Assembly (NCBI GenBank): GCA_963850905.1
Contig: CAWKMU010000003.1
Span: forward strand, 3,264,001-3,328,000
Reading direction: 5' to 3'
Source of the DNA: an uncultured Gemmatimonadales bacterium
Lineage (GTDB): Bacteria > Gemmatimonadota > Gemmatimonadetes > Gemmatimonadales > Gemmatimonadaceae
DNA: 64,000 bases
Shown here: positions 29,293-38,551 of the stretch, one piece after another
Layout of the letters: each line of letters starts with the position of its first letter
How positions within the stretch are numbered: position 1 is the first letter of the stretch
The notes under the pieces: generated by a model
Told to the model about the DNA's origin: nothing
The model's database searches: none
The model's input: the letters and a program-made list of their open reading frames with translations, nothing else
Made by a program: the position numbers and the translations under genes

Positions 29293-30873
29293 TCAGAATC
29301 CCCACGGGAGCCCCAGCACCTGCCAGACGACCAGGAGCACCATCCACACGATCTGGATGATGATGACATAGGGGAGCATCATGGCGATCACCGTTCCCAC
29401 TCCCGCTCCCTTCTGGTATTTCGCAGCGAACCCCACGATCAGTGGGAAATACGCCATCATCGGCGTGATCGCATTCGTTGGTGAATCACCGACGCGGTAG
29501 GCCGCAAGCACCGCCTCGGGCGCAACGTGGAGCCGCATCATCAGCGGCACGAACACGGGCGCAAAGATCGCCCATTTCGGGATGATACCGGTGATGATGA
29601 GATTGAGGACGGTGACGACGAGCACAAATCCGACGAGCAGCGTGAGCGGGCCAAACCCCGCGTGCTCCAGCCAGTCACCTACCTTCACCGCGGCGATCGT
29701 GGCCATGTTGGTGTACGTGAAGAGGGCGATGAACTGACTGATGAAGAACAACAGAAACAGCAAGCTACCGAGTCCGATGACCGCCTTCTCCATCGCCCCA
29801 ACCACGTCGGTCGTCCCTTTCATCGTCTTGGCACCACGGCCGTACGCGGCCCCTGCGACGAGGAACGCCGCCGCGATGAAGACGATGAGCCCGTTCATGA
29901 ATGGCGAGTCACCGATCAAGGCCCCGGTTTCGGGATTGCGTAGCGGTGCGCCGGAGGGAAGCGACAGAAGTCCAAATACCACCAGCACACCGAGCACGCC
30001 CCACGTCGCGAACTTCAACCCGCGCGATTCCAGCGCGGGGTCCACATCGTCCGGGCCTTCCTCGTCTTCCAGGTCCGCGGGTACCGTGTAGGGGCCTAGC
30101 CGCGGCTCGATGATCTTGTCGGTGATCAGTCCGGCGACGACCGTCAGCATGACGACCGACGCGACAGAGAACCAGAAATTGGCAGTCAGCGCCACCGACA
30201 GGTTCGGATTGAGTAGGTGGATCGCGTCGTTGGTGATCCCCGTCAGAATCCCATCGAGAGGTTTGATGAGGATGTTCACGCTGAACACTGCCGACACGGC
30301 CGCGAACGAGGCCGCCAGCCCCACCAATGGATTGCGTTTGACACTGAGGAACGCCGCGGCCGCCAGCGGAATCAGTACGAGGTAGCCGGCATCGGCGGCG
30401 ATGCTCGACAGAATGCCCACGAACACGAGGATGTACGTCAAGGCCGCTGGTGGCGCCACCGCGACGAGCTTGCGAATCAACGCCTTGATCAGGCCGCTCG
30501 TTTCGGCGACTCCCACACCGAGCATAGCGACAATGATCACCCCCACGGCGTTGAAGCCCATGAAGTTGGCGACGACGTTGGAATACATGAAGCGAAGGCC
30601 TTCGTTGGTCAGCAGGCTCTTCGCCGTGGCAGTGACTGCCTCTGGTTCGTGCGTTTCGGGGTTGATCGAGTCGAACGTCGCGCTCGCGCCGAAGAGGTAC
30701 ACGATGTGGGAGATGATGATGATGCCGATGATGAGCAGGATGAAGATCACCGCTGGATGCGGCACCTTGTTCCCAACGCGCTCGATAGCGTCGAGCACTT
30801 TTTCCATCCCCGTCTTCTCGCTCTTCTGTGGCGCAGTGGGGTGGGCGCCAACGCTCGTAGCCGCTTGAGCCAT
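29293..30873 (-). CDS. abgT: AbgT-family transporter
   Basis: IERVGNKVPHP, AYRVGDSPTNAITP, GVGTVIAMMLPY; multi-TM. Confidence 0.93.
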   Translation of the reverse strand: MAQAATSVGAHPTAPQKSEKTGMEKVLDAIERVGNKVPHPAVIFILLIIGIIIISHIVYLFGASATFDSINPETHEPEAVTATAKSLLTNEGLRFMYSNVVANFMGFNAVGVIIVAMLGVGVAETSGLIKALIRKLVAVAPPAALTYILVFVGILSSIAADAGYLVLIPLAAAAFLSVKRNPLVGLAASFAAVSAVFSVNILIKPLDGILTGITNDAIHLLNPNLSVALTANFWFSVASVVMLTVVAGLITDKIIEPRLGPYTVPADLEDEEGPDDVDPALESRGLKFATWGVLGVLVVFGLLSLPSGAPLRNPETGALIGDSPFMNGLIVFIAAAFLVAGAAYGRGAKTMKGTTDVVGAMEKAVIGLGSLLFLLFFISQFIALFTYTNMATIAAVKVGDWLEHAGFGPLTLLVGFVLVVTVLNLIITGIIPKWAIFAPVFVPLMMRLHVAPEAVLAAYRVGDSPTNAITPMMAYFPLIVGFAAKYQKGAGVGTVIAMMLPYVIIIQIVWMVLLVVWQVLGLPWGF

Positions 30874-30972
30874 GGGTGTTACCCTCGTGAGGAACCGATC
30901 CGCTGGCCGCCAGCGCGCGTGCGACGACAAATCTCGTCGCACGCCGCTGCGGCAGCTCGTGAGACCGGCGGG

Positions 30973-31470
30973 TTAAGCAGGCACGGCCTCGAGTGCCTCG
31001 CGCAACTTGGCCTCGTCGTCTTTGTTCAGCGACGTCTGGTAGACCTTGCCCTTGCCAACGAATTGCTTCAGACCCTCGAGCACTTTGTCGCTGCTCGCTC
31101 TCCGGATGAGAACGAACACGGCTGAGGTGCCCGATTTGAGCGAGCTGCCGACGTCCCGCATCATCTGGTCGTCCAGGCCGATGTCATGAAATCGGCTCGC
31201 CAGTGCACCAGCCCCTGCGCCGACGGCCGCTCCGAGTAACGGGTTGAGGAAGATCATGCCGATCAGCATGCCCCAAAAACCGCCGCCCACCGCGCCGACG
31301 GCCGTGAGATTCACGGCCTGGTCCAGTTTGGTACCTCCCTTCTGATCCCGCGTGACGACGACGGCGTCTTCCAACTCCACCAGATACTGCTTGTGCATCT
31401 TGATCAGCGCCGCCCGCATCTCGAAGGCAGTCGATTCGTCGGGAAACACAACTGCGACCAGCGTGCTCAT
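30973..31470 (-). CDS. DUF1269 domain protein
   Basis: LEDAVVV, glycine zipper GGGFWGMLIG...GAGAGAL, DIGLDD. Confidence 0.92.
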   Translation of the reverse strand: MSTLVAVVFPDESTAFEMRAALIKMHKQYLVELEDAVVVTRDQKGGTKLDQAVNLTAVGAVGGGFWGMLIGMIFLNPLLGAAVGAGAGALASRFHDIGLDDQMMRDVGSSLKSGTSAVFVLIRRASSDKVLEGLKQFVGKGKVYQTSLNKDDEAKLREALEAVPA

Positions 31471-31630
31471 GACATTCCTCCCGAGAAGGCGCTGCTAAGG
31501 ACATGTGATCAGCCGCAATCCGCATGCTTGCCGCATGTGCTCGAGCCTGCGGGCGCGGGTGCTGGTCGTTCGGGCCGCCGGGCTCGGTCCGCAGCAGGCG
31601 GGGGCAGGCCGGCCGCATGCATGACAGCAC

Positions 31631-32686
31631 CTAGAAGCTGTACCCGATCGTGAACGCGAGACCGAAGTCGTTGGTCTGCGTGACCGGAGCGGGCGGATTG
31701 CTGTTGTACGAATCGAACAGGTGGATACTCCAGTAGAAGGTGCGGAAGAAATCACGTCGGATGTCGGCGTCCCACTCCACGCGAACGTGCGACACGTTCA
31801 ACCCGACGTACGTGGTCACGAAGGTCTTCAGCTCGGTCTTTCTGGAGCTCTCGAAGGAATCCAGCTCGAGTGTCCCCAGCACCTCGGCCACATGCTCCGT
31901 TTCTGGCACGCCCTCATAACTCGACGCAGCGTAGTCGACACCAGCGTAGGCGCCGATGCTCGTGCCTTGCGTCTGCAATAGGTACTTGCCGCCCGCTGCG
32001 TCGATCAGGAAACGGGAATTGAGATCGAGTGCCTTGTCCTGTTGAAAGAGGAACTGAACCGGCACAAACCAGCCACCCTGGAACAAGCGCCGCGTTTGCA
32101 GCTCAAAGTCGTTGCGCGAGGCGAAATCCGCTCCGCTGAGGTGGGTGAGCAACGACGAAAAACGCGCCTCCGTCAGGTAGAACCGTGTCCGGTTCTCGGC
32201 GTCCGCGTCCAGGGTGTAGTTCACCTCATGATTCGCCTGCAGGTACTCGAACCCGAGCCCCACGGAGCCGTTGGTCCGCTGGAGAACCGTCGCACCGAGG
32301 GTCCTGATCCGGATGATGCTGGCCATGGACACCACGCGCGGCCCGGTTGGCGTGCGAATCTCGAGCTGTCCTGGCGACGGGGTGCGGATGGGTCCGGACA
32401 CGTGCTCCCCTGACGTCAACTCGACCTCGAAGGATCGCTCGCTCTCGAGGTGCAAGATGTTGCGCCAATCGATGTCCACCGTGCCCGCGTTGGCGATGGA
32501 GAACTCCAGGTTCCCCCGGTCCATCGATGAGACCGATCCAGTCAGGGTGTTGCCGCCCTTGACGACGACGGTATCGGGATCGGCGTGGGCGGCGGGCGCT
32601 ATGCCGACGGCCGCCACGAGAAGCAGCGCGCATGCGGCAGACAGCGCTACGCGCGTCGACGTGCCCAACAATGGTACACGATGCAT
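31631..32686 (-). CDS. DUF481-family outer-membrane beta-barrel protein
   Basis: Signal peptide (AHA-D); N-terminal DTVVVKGGNTLTG repeats; C-terminal IGYSF barrel signature; start uncertain. Confidence 0.82.
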   Translation of the reverse strand: MHRVPLLGTSTRVALSAACALLLVAAVGIAPAAHADPDTVVVKGGNTLTGSVSSMDRGNLEFSIANAGTVDIDWRNILHLESERSFEVELTSGEHVSGPIRTPSPGQLEIRTPTGPRVVSMASIIRIRTLGATVLQRTNGSVGLGFEYLQANHEVNYTLDADAENRTRFYLTEARFSSLLTHLSGADFASRNDFELQTRRLFQGGWFVPVQFLFQQDKALDLNSRFLIDAAGGKYLLQTQGTSIGAYAGVDYAASSYEGVPETEHVAEVLGTLELDSFESSRKTELKTFVTTYVGLNVSHVRVEWDADIRRDFFRTFYWSIHLFDSYNSNPPAPVTQTNDFGLAFTIGYSF

Positions 32687-32975
32687 CCCGGCGAATTCCC
32701 ACGGTGACAGGCTAAGCGCGGCGGGGCGTTGCACGCCGCGCGTGACCCCGCTGGGTGATCAATACACGTGCCCCGAACGCGTCGTCACAGTGTAACCGTG
32801 ATTGACACTTGGTCTCTCGTGCACGGCCGCCGGTGCATCCGCGCCACAAGGCGGCATGTGCGCAGCCAACGGCACGGCAGTGGCTGTTCTGCACCGTCGT
32901 CGCGGTACAGGCGTCTGCGTTTGGCGCGGCGCGCTGTGCGACGGCGGGGCCGATCACCCTAGCGACCAAGGTCTA

Positions 32976-34649
32976 ATGCGCGATCAACCGGCGTCGTCTA
33001 TCGTCCAGCTGATGAGTCGCAAAGCCTACCGCAGCGCGCTGCGCCCGATCGGCTGGTTGCCGATGATCATCGCGTTGACATCAATGTTGGCTGGCGCTCA
33101 GCTACCGGGCCGCCAGCCAGCGCCAAAGGAGACCGCGGACACGGCGGGTCACTCCGCCGACTCGCTGGGCCGAGATACCCCGCGTGGCACCGTGATGGGA
33201 TTTCTCCACGCCGCGCAGGACAGTGACTTCCAGCGCGGCGCCCAATATCTCCAGCTCTCGCACAACGAGCGCTCCGGCGAAGGGCCACGCCTCGCGGGCC
33301 GCCTCGCGGCCCTCATGGACTTTGCCTTCGTTGGACGTGCGGGGCCGTTGAGTGATCGGCCGGAAGGGCCGGGTGGTGCCGGCAGCTCGCGGGATCGCAT
33401 TGGGACGTTCCGCATCCACGGTCGCGAGGAGAACGTCGAGTTGGTCCGCGTGTCGAATATCGAAGATCACGACGTGTGGCTCTTTTCCGCGCAGACGCTC
33501 GCGCAGGTCCCGGAGCTGTTCGAGGAATTGCAGACCACCAACATCGAGCCCAATCTTCCGGGCTTCCTGGTGAATGAGCGGGTGCTGAGCACCCCGCTCT
33601 GGGGTTGGCTCGCCTTCCTGTTGCTGATCCCCGTCGCGATCGCAGCGGGGTGGGCCCTCGTCAGGCTCGCCCGGTTCTGGCATCGACGCTGGCTCGAGCG
33701 GCGAGGCCGGCCCGTGCCACCCGACGATCGGCACTCGCTCGCGGCGCCCAGCATCCTGATCTTCACCGTCCTGCTTCACCAGATCGGCGTCGTCTCGCTC
33801 GGCCTGCCGTTCATCTTTCGTCTCTACAACTACCGATTGGCGGGGCTCATCATTGCCGCCGGCGTTGCCTGGTTGCTCTTTCGCCTGATCAATCGCTGGT
33901 CTGACCGGGCTCGGACGAATGCGCTGGCAGGAGCACCCAATCGCAGCGGCGCAGTCATGCTGCTCGGTCAACGCCTGCTCAAAGTCGTTGTCGGGATCGT
34001 CGCCGGCCTGGTCATGCTGTCCACGCTCGGTGTGAACACGACGGCAGCGATCGCCGGACTTGGCATCGGGAGTCTCGCGATCGCGTTTGCGGCCCAGAAG
34101 ACCTTGGAGAACCTCCTTGGCGGCATCTCGATCCTCGGCGACGAGGTCATTCGGGTGGGCGAGCTGTGCCAGATCGGCGACAAACAGGGAACGGTCGAAG
34201 ACATCAGCCTTCGCTCCACGCGGATCCGCACGCTGGATCGCACGGAGCTGTCGATTCCCAACGGGCAGCTGGCGACAATGAGCGTCGAGAACCTGAGCCG
34301 CCGCGATATGATGCGCTTTCGAACGACGCTGCGGCTCCGCCTGGACACATCCCCGGATCAGCTGCGCTCCCTGCTGTCGGAAACGCAGGAGCTCCTCAAT
34401 CACGACCCGCGGTTGATGCGCGACGGAGCGACCGTCCGATTCGTCGGGTTCGGAGACGGCAGCCTCAACGTCGAGATCAATTGCAACGTGCTGACCACTG
34501 ACGGCAGCGAGTTTCTGCGGATACGCGAGGCGTTGCTGCTCCGGATCGTCGAGTTGGTGTCGGAGGCGGGGACTGGATTCGCCTCCCCGACGCCAACGCT
34601 GGTGGTCACAGCCCCCGACCGCGACGCGATCCGTCGACGGGCCGGATGA
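32976..34649 (+). CDS. Small-conductance mechanosensitive channel (MscS family) with N-terminal periplasmic domain
   Basis: LGRDTPRGT; GLGIGSLAIAFAAQKTLEN; GTVEDISLRSTRIRT; IPNG. Confidence 0.92.
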   Translation: MRDQPASSIVQLMSRKAYRSALRPIGWLPMIIALTSMLAGAQLPGRQPAPKETADTAGHSADSLGRDTPRGTVMGFLHAAQDSDFQRGAQYLQLSHNERSGEGPRLAGRLAALMDFAFVGRAGPLSDRPEGPGGAGSSRDRIGTFRIHGREENVELVRVSNIEDHDVWLFSAQTLAQVPELFEELQTTNIEPNLPGFLVNERVLSTPLWGWLAFLLLIPVAIAAGWALVRLARFWHRRWLERRGRPVPPDDRHSLAAPSILIFTVLLHQIGVVSLGLPFIFRLYNYRLAGLIIAAGVAWLLFRLINRWSDRARTNALAGAPNRSGAVMLLGQRLLKVVVGIVAGLVMLSTLGVNTTAAIAGLGIGSLAIAFAAQKTLENLLGGISILGDEVIRVGELCQIGDKQGTVEDISLRSTRIRTLDRTELSIPNGQLATMSVENLSRRDMMRFRTTLRLRLDTSPDQLRSLLSETQELLNHDPRLMRDGATVRFVGFGDGSLNVEINCNVLTTDGSEFLRIREALLLRIVELVSEAGTGFASPTPTLVVTAPDRDAIRRRAG

Positions 34650-34658
34650 TGCCGAGCG

Positions 34659-36422
34659 TCACACCCCGAGCGCTTCTCCCGATCGGCCCGGTAAAGTGAC
34701 TCGCCGCGGCGGCAGCAGAGTGAGACGGTCGTCGTGCCCGACGCTGAGCGAGTGGATGTAGAACGCCGTCGGTTGATCGTTCGTCGCCTCCATGACCGGA
34801 GAGGGCGCCGACACGATCAGCAGCTCCCCGCATCGCCCGACCCAGTCGACGTGGCGGTGCCCGTGCATCACGACGACCCAATGCGCCATGGGATTGAGTC
34901 GCCGAATGAACCAGTATCCGTTGATCAACGCCGTGCCGACGCGTTCGGACAGGGCGCTCGCTGGGTGTGGATACTCGATGATGTGGTGGTGCAGCGCGAC
35001 GATCCACCGGGCGTCGGGGAACTCCTCCATGGCGATCCGCATGCGCGTCACTTGATCGGCCGCCATCATCCCCAGTGCGTTGGTAAATGAGAAGTGCGCG
35101 TCGGCGTTCGAGTTGAGAAGCAGGATGCCCAGGCCGTCCACTGGATCGGGCGGCCACACGAGCGGGAAGGCCGTCGCCCACAGGTCCATCAACTCCCGTG
35201 AGAGCCGTGGCCGACCGGCATCGGCGAACGCTGTGATGGTAGGCAGGTGTGGCGCGAGCGCGTCGGCAAGCGTCCCACCGACGCGGCGGCCTGCCTCATC
35301 CACGACGCGGACACGCGCGCCGTGCAGCGCACTCATCGCGGAGAGCAGGCGGAGCTGACGCAACCGCTTCATCGGGCTCGTCGGCAACTCGAACCGCGCG
35401 GGATTGGCTCGGTCGACAATGTTGACGTCGTGATTGCCCGGCAGCAGGAGCACGCGACCCGCCAGACGCGGGTGATCGGCCACCGCATCGAGGAATGCTG
35501 ACCACTCACCTGAGCGACCCGCATCGGTCATGTCACCGGTGATGAGGATCGCGTCGAGCGGCTCGGTCGTATCGATCGCTTCCAGTGCAGCGAGTACCGC
35601 ATTGAACCGCTCGTTGCCGCGGGGCCCCAATCGACCGCTCTCAATGCGAAAGCCGTAGCGTTCGCCGACGATGTGGACATCCGACAAGTGAGCGACCCGC
35701 CAGATGCGCCTGCCGTTGACCGGCGCTTCGAAGGCGGTGACATCACGCGGTGGGGGTATGATCGCGTCGGCGACTCCCCAAATCAGCGCAGCGGCAGCCA
35801 GATACGCGGCCACGAGCACGCTGCTGTTGGCCAGAGCGACGAGCGCCAGCGCGCGCGGCGTGGCAATGCCCGCGAGGTCGCCATTCCAGTGCGACGCCGG
35901 CCACGCGATCGCGAGCACGACGGCCGCCAGCCCACACACCAGGAGACCCGCGACCACCGTGGCAGCGCGCGCGCCAGCGTCGGATCGCGGCGAAAACACG
36001 CGGTAGACGACGTGGCGCAACCCTTCGCGGAACAATGTGTACACGGGCTGGACGACCACCGAGTGAAGCGACCAGAAGCTGCTTTCGGCCAATCGGAGGA
36101 AGGGGCGCCGGCCGACCCATGTGAGGCCAAGGAACAGTAGCAAGACGAGCGTCGGCACGATCGCGTAGACGGGAGACAGCACCTTCGTCGACACCGTCCG
36201 CACCCAGAGCGAAATCCCGACTGGCGCGAGGCCGAGGAGGAGGGCGGGGACAACCACCAACACGAGCCACGCCAAGACCAGCTTCGGGAAACTGATCTCG
36301 GCCAGCACACTTCCAAAGAGGGAGACCATCGAGCGCTGCTTGGTACTGGCCGCGTCGTCCTCAATGTCGCCGTCGTGCGGATCGAGGAGGGGGCGCATCC
36401 CGGGGCCCTCACTCATTATCAT
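34659..36422 (-). CDS. Membrane-anchored calcineurin-like metallophosphoesterase
   Basis: HLSDVH, ITGDMTD, PGNHD, LHHH and HGHRH motifs after about 4-5 TMs. Confidence 0.88.
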   Translation of the reverse strand: MIMSEGPGMRPLLDPHDGDIEDDAASTKQRSMVSLFGSVLAEISFPKLVLAWLVLVVVPALLLGLAPVGISLWVRTVSTKVLSPVYAIVPTLVLLLFLGLTWVGRRPFLRLAESSFWSLHSVVVQPVYTLFREGLRHVVYRVFSPRSDAGARAATVVAGLLVCGLAAVVLAIAWPASHWNGDLAGIATPRALALVALANSSVLVAAYLAAAALIWGVADAIIPPPRDVTAFEAPVNGRRIWRVAHLSDVHIVGERYGFRIESGRLGPRGNERFNAVLAALEAIDTTEPLDAILITGDMTDAGRSGEWSAFLDAVADHPRLAGRVLLLPGNHDVNIVDRANPARFELPTSPMKRLRQLRLLSAMSALHGARVRVVDEAGRRVGGTLADALAPHLPTITAFADAGRPRLSRELMDLWATAFPLVWPPDPVDGLGILLLNSNADAHFSFTNALGMMAADQVTRMRIAMEEFPDARWIVALHHHIIEYPHPASALSERVGTALINGYWFIRRLNPMAHWVVVMHGHRHVDWVGRCGELLIVSAPSPVMEATNDQPTAFYIHSLSVGHDDRLTLLPPRRVTLPGRSGEALGV

Positions 36423-36654
36423 CGCCCGATCGCCAGTCGTTCCGCGTAACCGCACCCGTCATGTCAGAACGTAGCTTGGGGATGGCGTACTCCATTCGAC
36501 AGACGACCTTGGTGCGCGCAGGTGAACCAAGGTCGACTGGCTGTCCCACAGATCCAGCCGCAACCTCCGTCGACATGAGGGCCTCGCCAACGGTTTACGC
36601 CGCTCCCCTGGAGCCTCGATCGTTCACCGCGGTCGCAAGCGGCCCCGCTCCCGT

Positions 36655-37287
36655 GTGAGCGCAACTCTGGTCAGGAGAACCCTCGCCGTCATCACGGCGC
36701 TCGTGGTGACCTTCTTGTTGTGGGGAATCTGGGATCTCGACGCAATGCTGGCCTGGCAGCAGCGAGCGAGTCCGGTGCCATTCTTCGCCGTCATGTCTGT
36801 CTTGCCGGCGATCGGATTCCCGATGACCCCGCTCTTCATTCTCGCGGGCGCTACCTTCGGGCCCGCTGGCGGGCTGATGGGATCCCTCGTCGCCCTCGCC
36901 CTGAACCTGACGCTGTGCTACGGGATCGCCCAGTTGATGCGTCCCAGACTGATCGCGCTGCTGCGCCGGTTTGGCTATGAGCTGCCAGATAGGCAAGGGC
37001 GAAAGCGAAACGACGTGCGCTTCACCCTGGCGGCCAAGCTGGCGCCGGGGGTGCCCGCATTCGCGAAGAATTACTGGCTCGGCGTTTCCGGAGTTCGCTT
37101 CGCGGTCTACTTCTGGCTGTCGGTGCTGACCACCGGCGCCTATGCCGCGCTCCTCATCGTCCTCGGGGAAGCCGCCGTGAAGCACAGCACCGGCCCCGTG
37201 ATCCTCGTGGGCGCGGTCATCGTCGTGCTGGCCCTCGCGATCCGCTTCTGGCGCGGTCGTCGGAGCAGCGAGGTTAAAGCACTCTAG
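36655..37287 (+). CDS. DedA/VTT (TVP38/TMEM64) family membrane protein
   Basis: PMTPLFILAGATFG; KLAPGVP...NYWLG. Confidence 0.85.
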   Translation: MSATLVRRTLAVITALVVTFLLWGIWDLDAMLAWQQRASPVPFFAVMSVLPAIGFPMTPLFILAGATFGPAGGLMGSLVALALNLTLCYGIAQLMRPRLIALLRRFGYELPDRQGRKRNDVRFTLAAKLAPGVPAFAKNYWLGVSGVRFAVYFWLSVLTTGAYAALLIVLGEAAVKHSTGPVILVGAVIVVLALAIRFWRGRRSSEVKAL

Positions 37288-37342
37288 AGCGAATTGCGGG
37301 ACAGCGACACGGCGCGCGACAGCTCCGGCACATCCGACCGCG

Positions 37343-38221
37343 TCAACCGGTTCTGGAGTCCGTGGCCGCGGCGATCACCGGGTGGTCGGTCACGCGCTTG
37401 AGCCAGTACTCGAAGGGCAGCATGACCGCGCCGCGCAGGAGCAGATAGACCGCGACGAGCGCACCGGCCTGGAATCCGGGGTAACTCACCTCGACCACCG
37501 CAAGTGCGAGTGCCGGGTTCGTTAGCGCGGCTGCAACCGCGATCGCCTTTTGATCCTCGCAATGTGGCCACCCCGCCCAGTATCCGACCAGCGCGTCACC
37601 GATGGTGATCACCGCCGCGGCAATGAATGTCCTGGGAGGCACCTGGAAAAGCACCGGGAATCCCTGGATCAGGATGACGATCGCGCTGGCGACGAAGCCG
37701 ACTATATAGACGCCGTCACTCATGTAGGCGAGCACCCCCGTCGCCCGCGGCCAAAGTGCACGCAGCGCGAAGCCGACGGCGATGGGCAACCAGAGCGTCG
37801 GAATGCGAACGCGCATGACGTCGATCGGGCGAATCGTGAGGTTCGCGGGCTGAATCGCGCTCATCACGTGCGTCCACAGCGGAAGCATCAGCGGCTCGAT
37901 GGCCGCACTCAGCAGCAGCGCCAGGAATGCCGTGGACACGGCGCCCCGGACCGAGCGGGCCGACGCCAGCAACAGTGGCACGCCTGGACAGACCGACATG
38001 AGCAGCAGCGTCGTCGCCCCAAGCCCGGTGACGCGCAGGCCCAACACCACCACGATGTTCACGATCGGGACGGCGATCCAGATCGCGACAAGCGTCCGGA
38101 CAAAGAGGCCCGGCCGGTCGCGCAGCTGGAGAAACGCCGCCGGCCCGACGCGAAGCGCTCCACCCAACATGACCGCGAACGTCGCGGTCCAGACGGCGAC
38201 TCGAATCGCGTCCACGAGCAT
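37343..38221 (-). CDS. Second BASS-like transporter
   Basis: About 9 TMs; CPGVP, GYWAG, NPALAL; same layout as 16101-17000. Confidence 0.75.
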   Translation of the reverse strand: MLVDAIRVAVWTATFAVMLGGALRVGPAAFLQLRDRPGLFVRTLVAIWIAVPIVNIVVVLGLRVTGLGATTLLLMSVCPGVPLLLASARSVRGAVSTAFLALLLSAAIEPLMLPLWTHVMSAIQPANLTIRPIDVMRVRIPTLWLPIAVGFALRALWPRATGVLAYMSDGVYIVGFVASAIVILIQGFPVLFQVPPRTFIAAAVITIGDALVGYWAGWPHCEDQKAIAVAAALTNPALALAVVEVSYPGFQAGALVAVYLLLRGAVMLPFEYWLKRVTDHPVIAAATDSRTG

Positions 38222-38551
38222 CGGGCCGTGCGGCTGCAAGCATTAGACCCGACCCGACCGCCCGCTCATTGAGCGTGCCCACCAACCCGCCGCGGCGCCG
38301 CCAGGGACCACGGCTCACGGTGGCTTGGGTAAACCAGTCCTGCTTGACAGGCTGAAGGAGCGAGCTCGAGGTGTGGCTAGGCGGTCGTACAGCGGAGGCG
38401 CGGGTGCCGGTGGCAGCTGGGCCCTGGCCGATGCCGGTGCTTCGGTGCAACGTCAACACCTCCAAACCATGTGCCGCCGCGCGCCGTCTGATTGAACGAC
38501 CACCCCCGCGCGGGCACACCGTTGTCACTCAGGCATCGCAGGCAAGGGACC

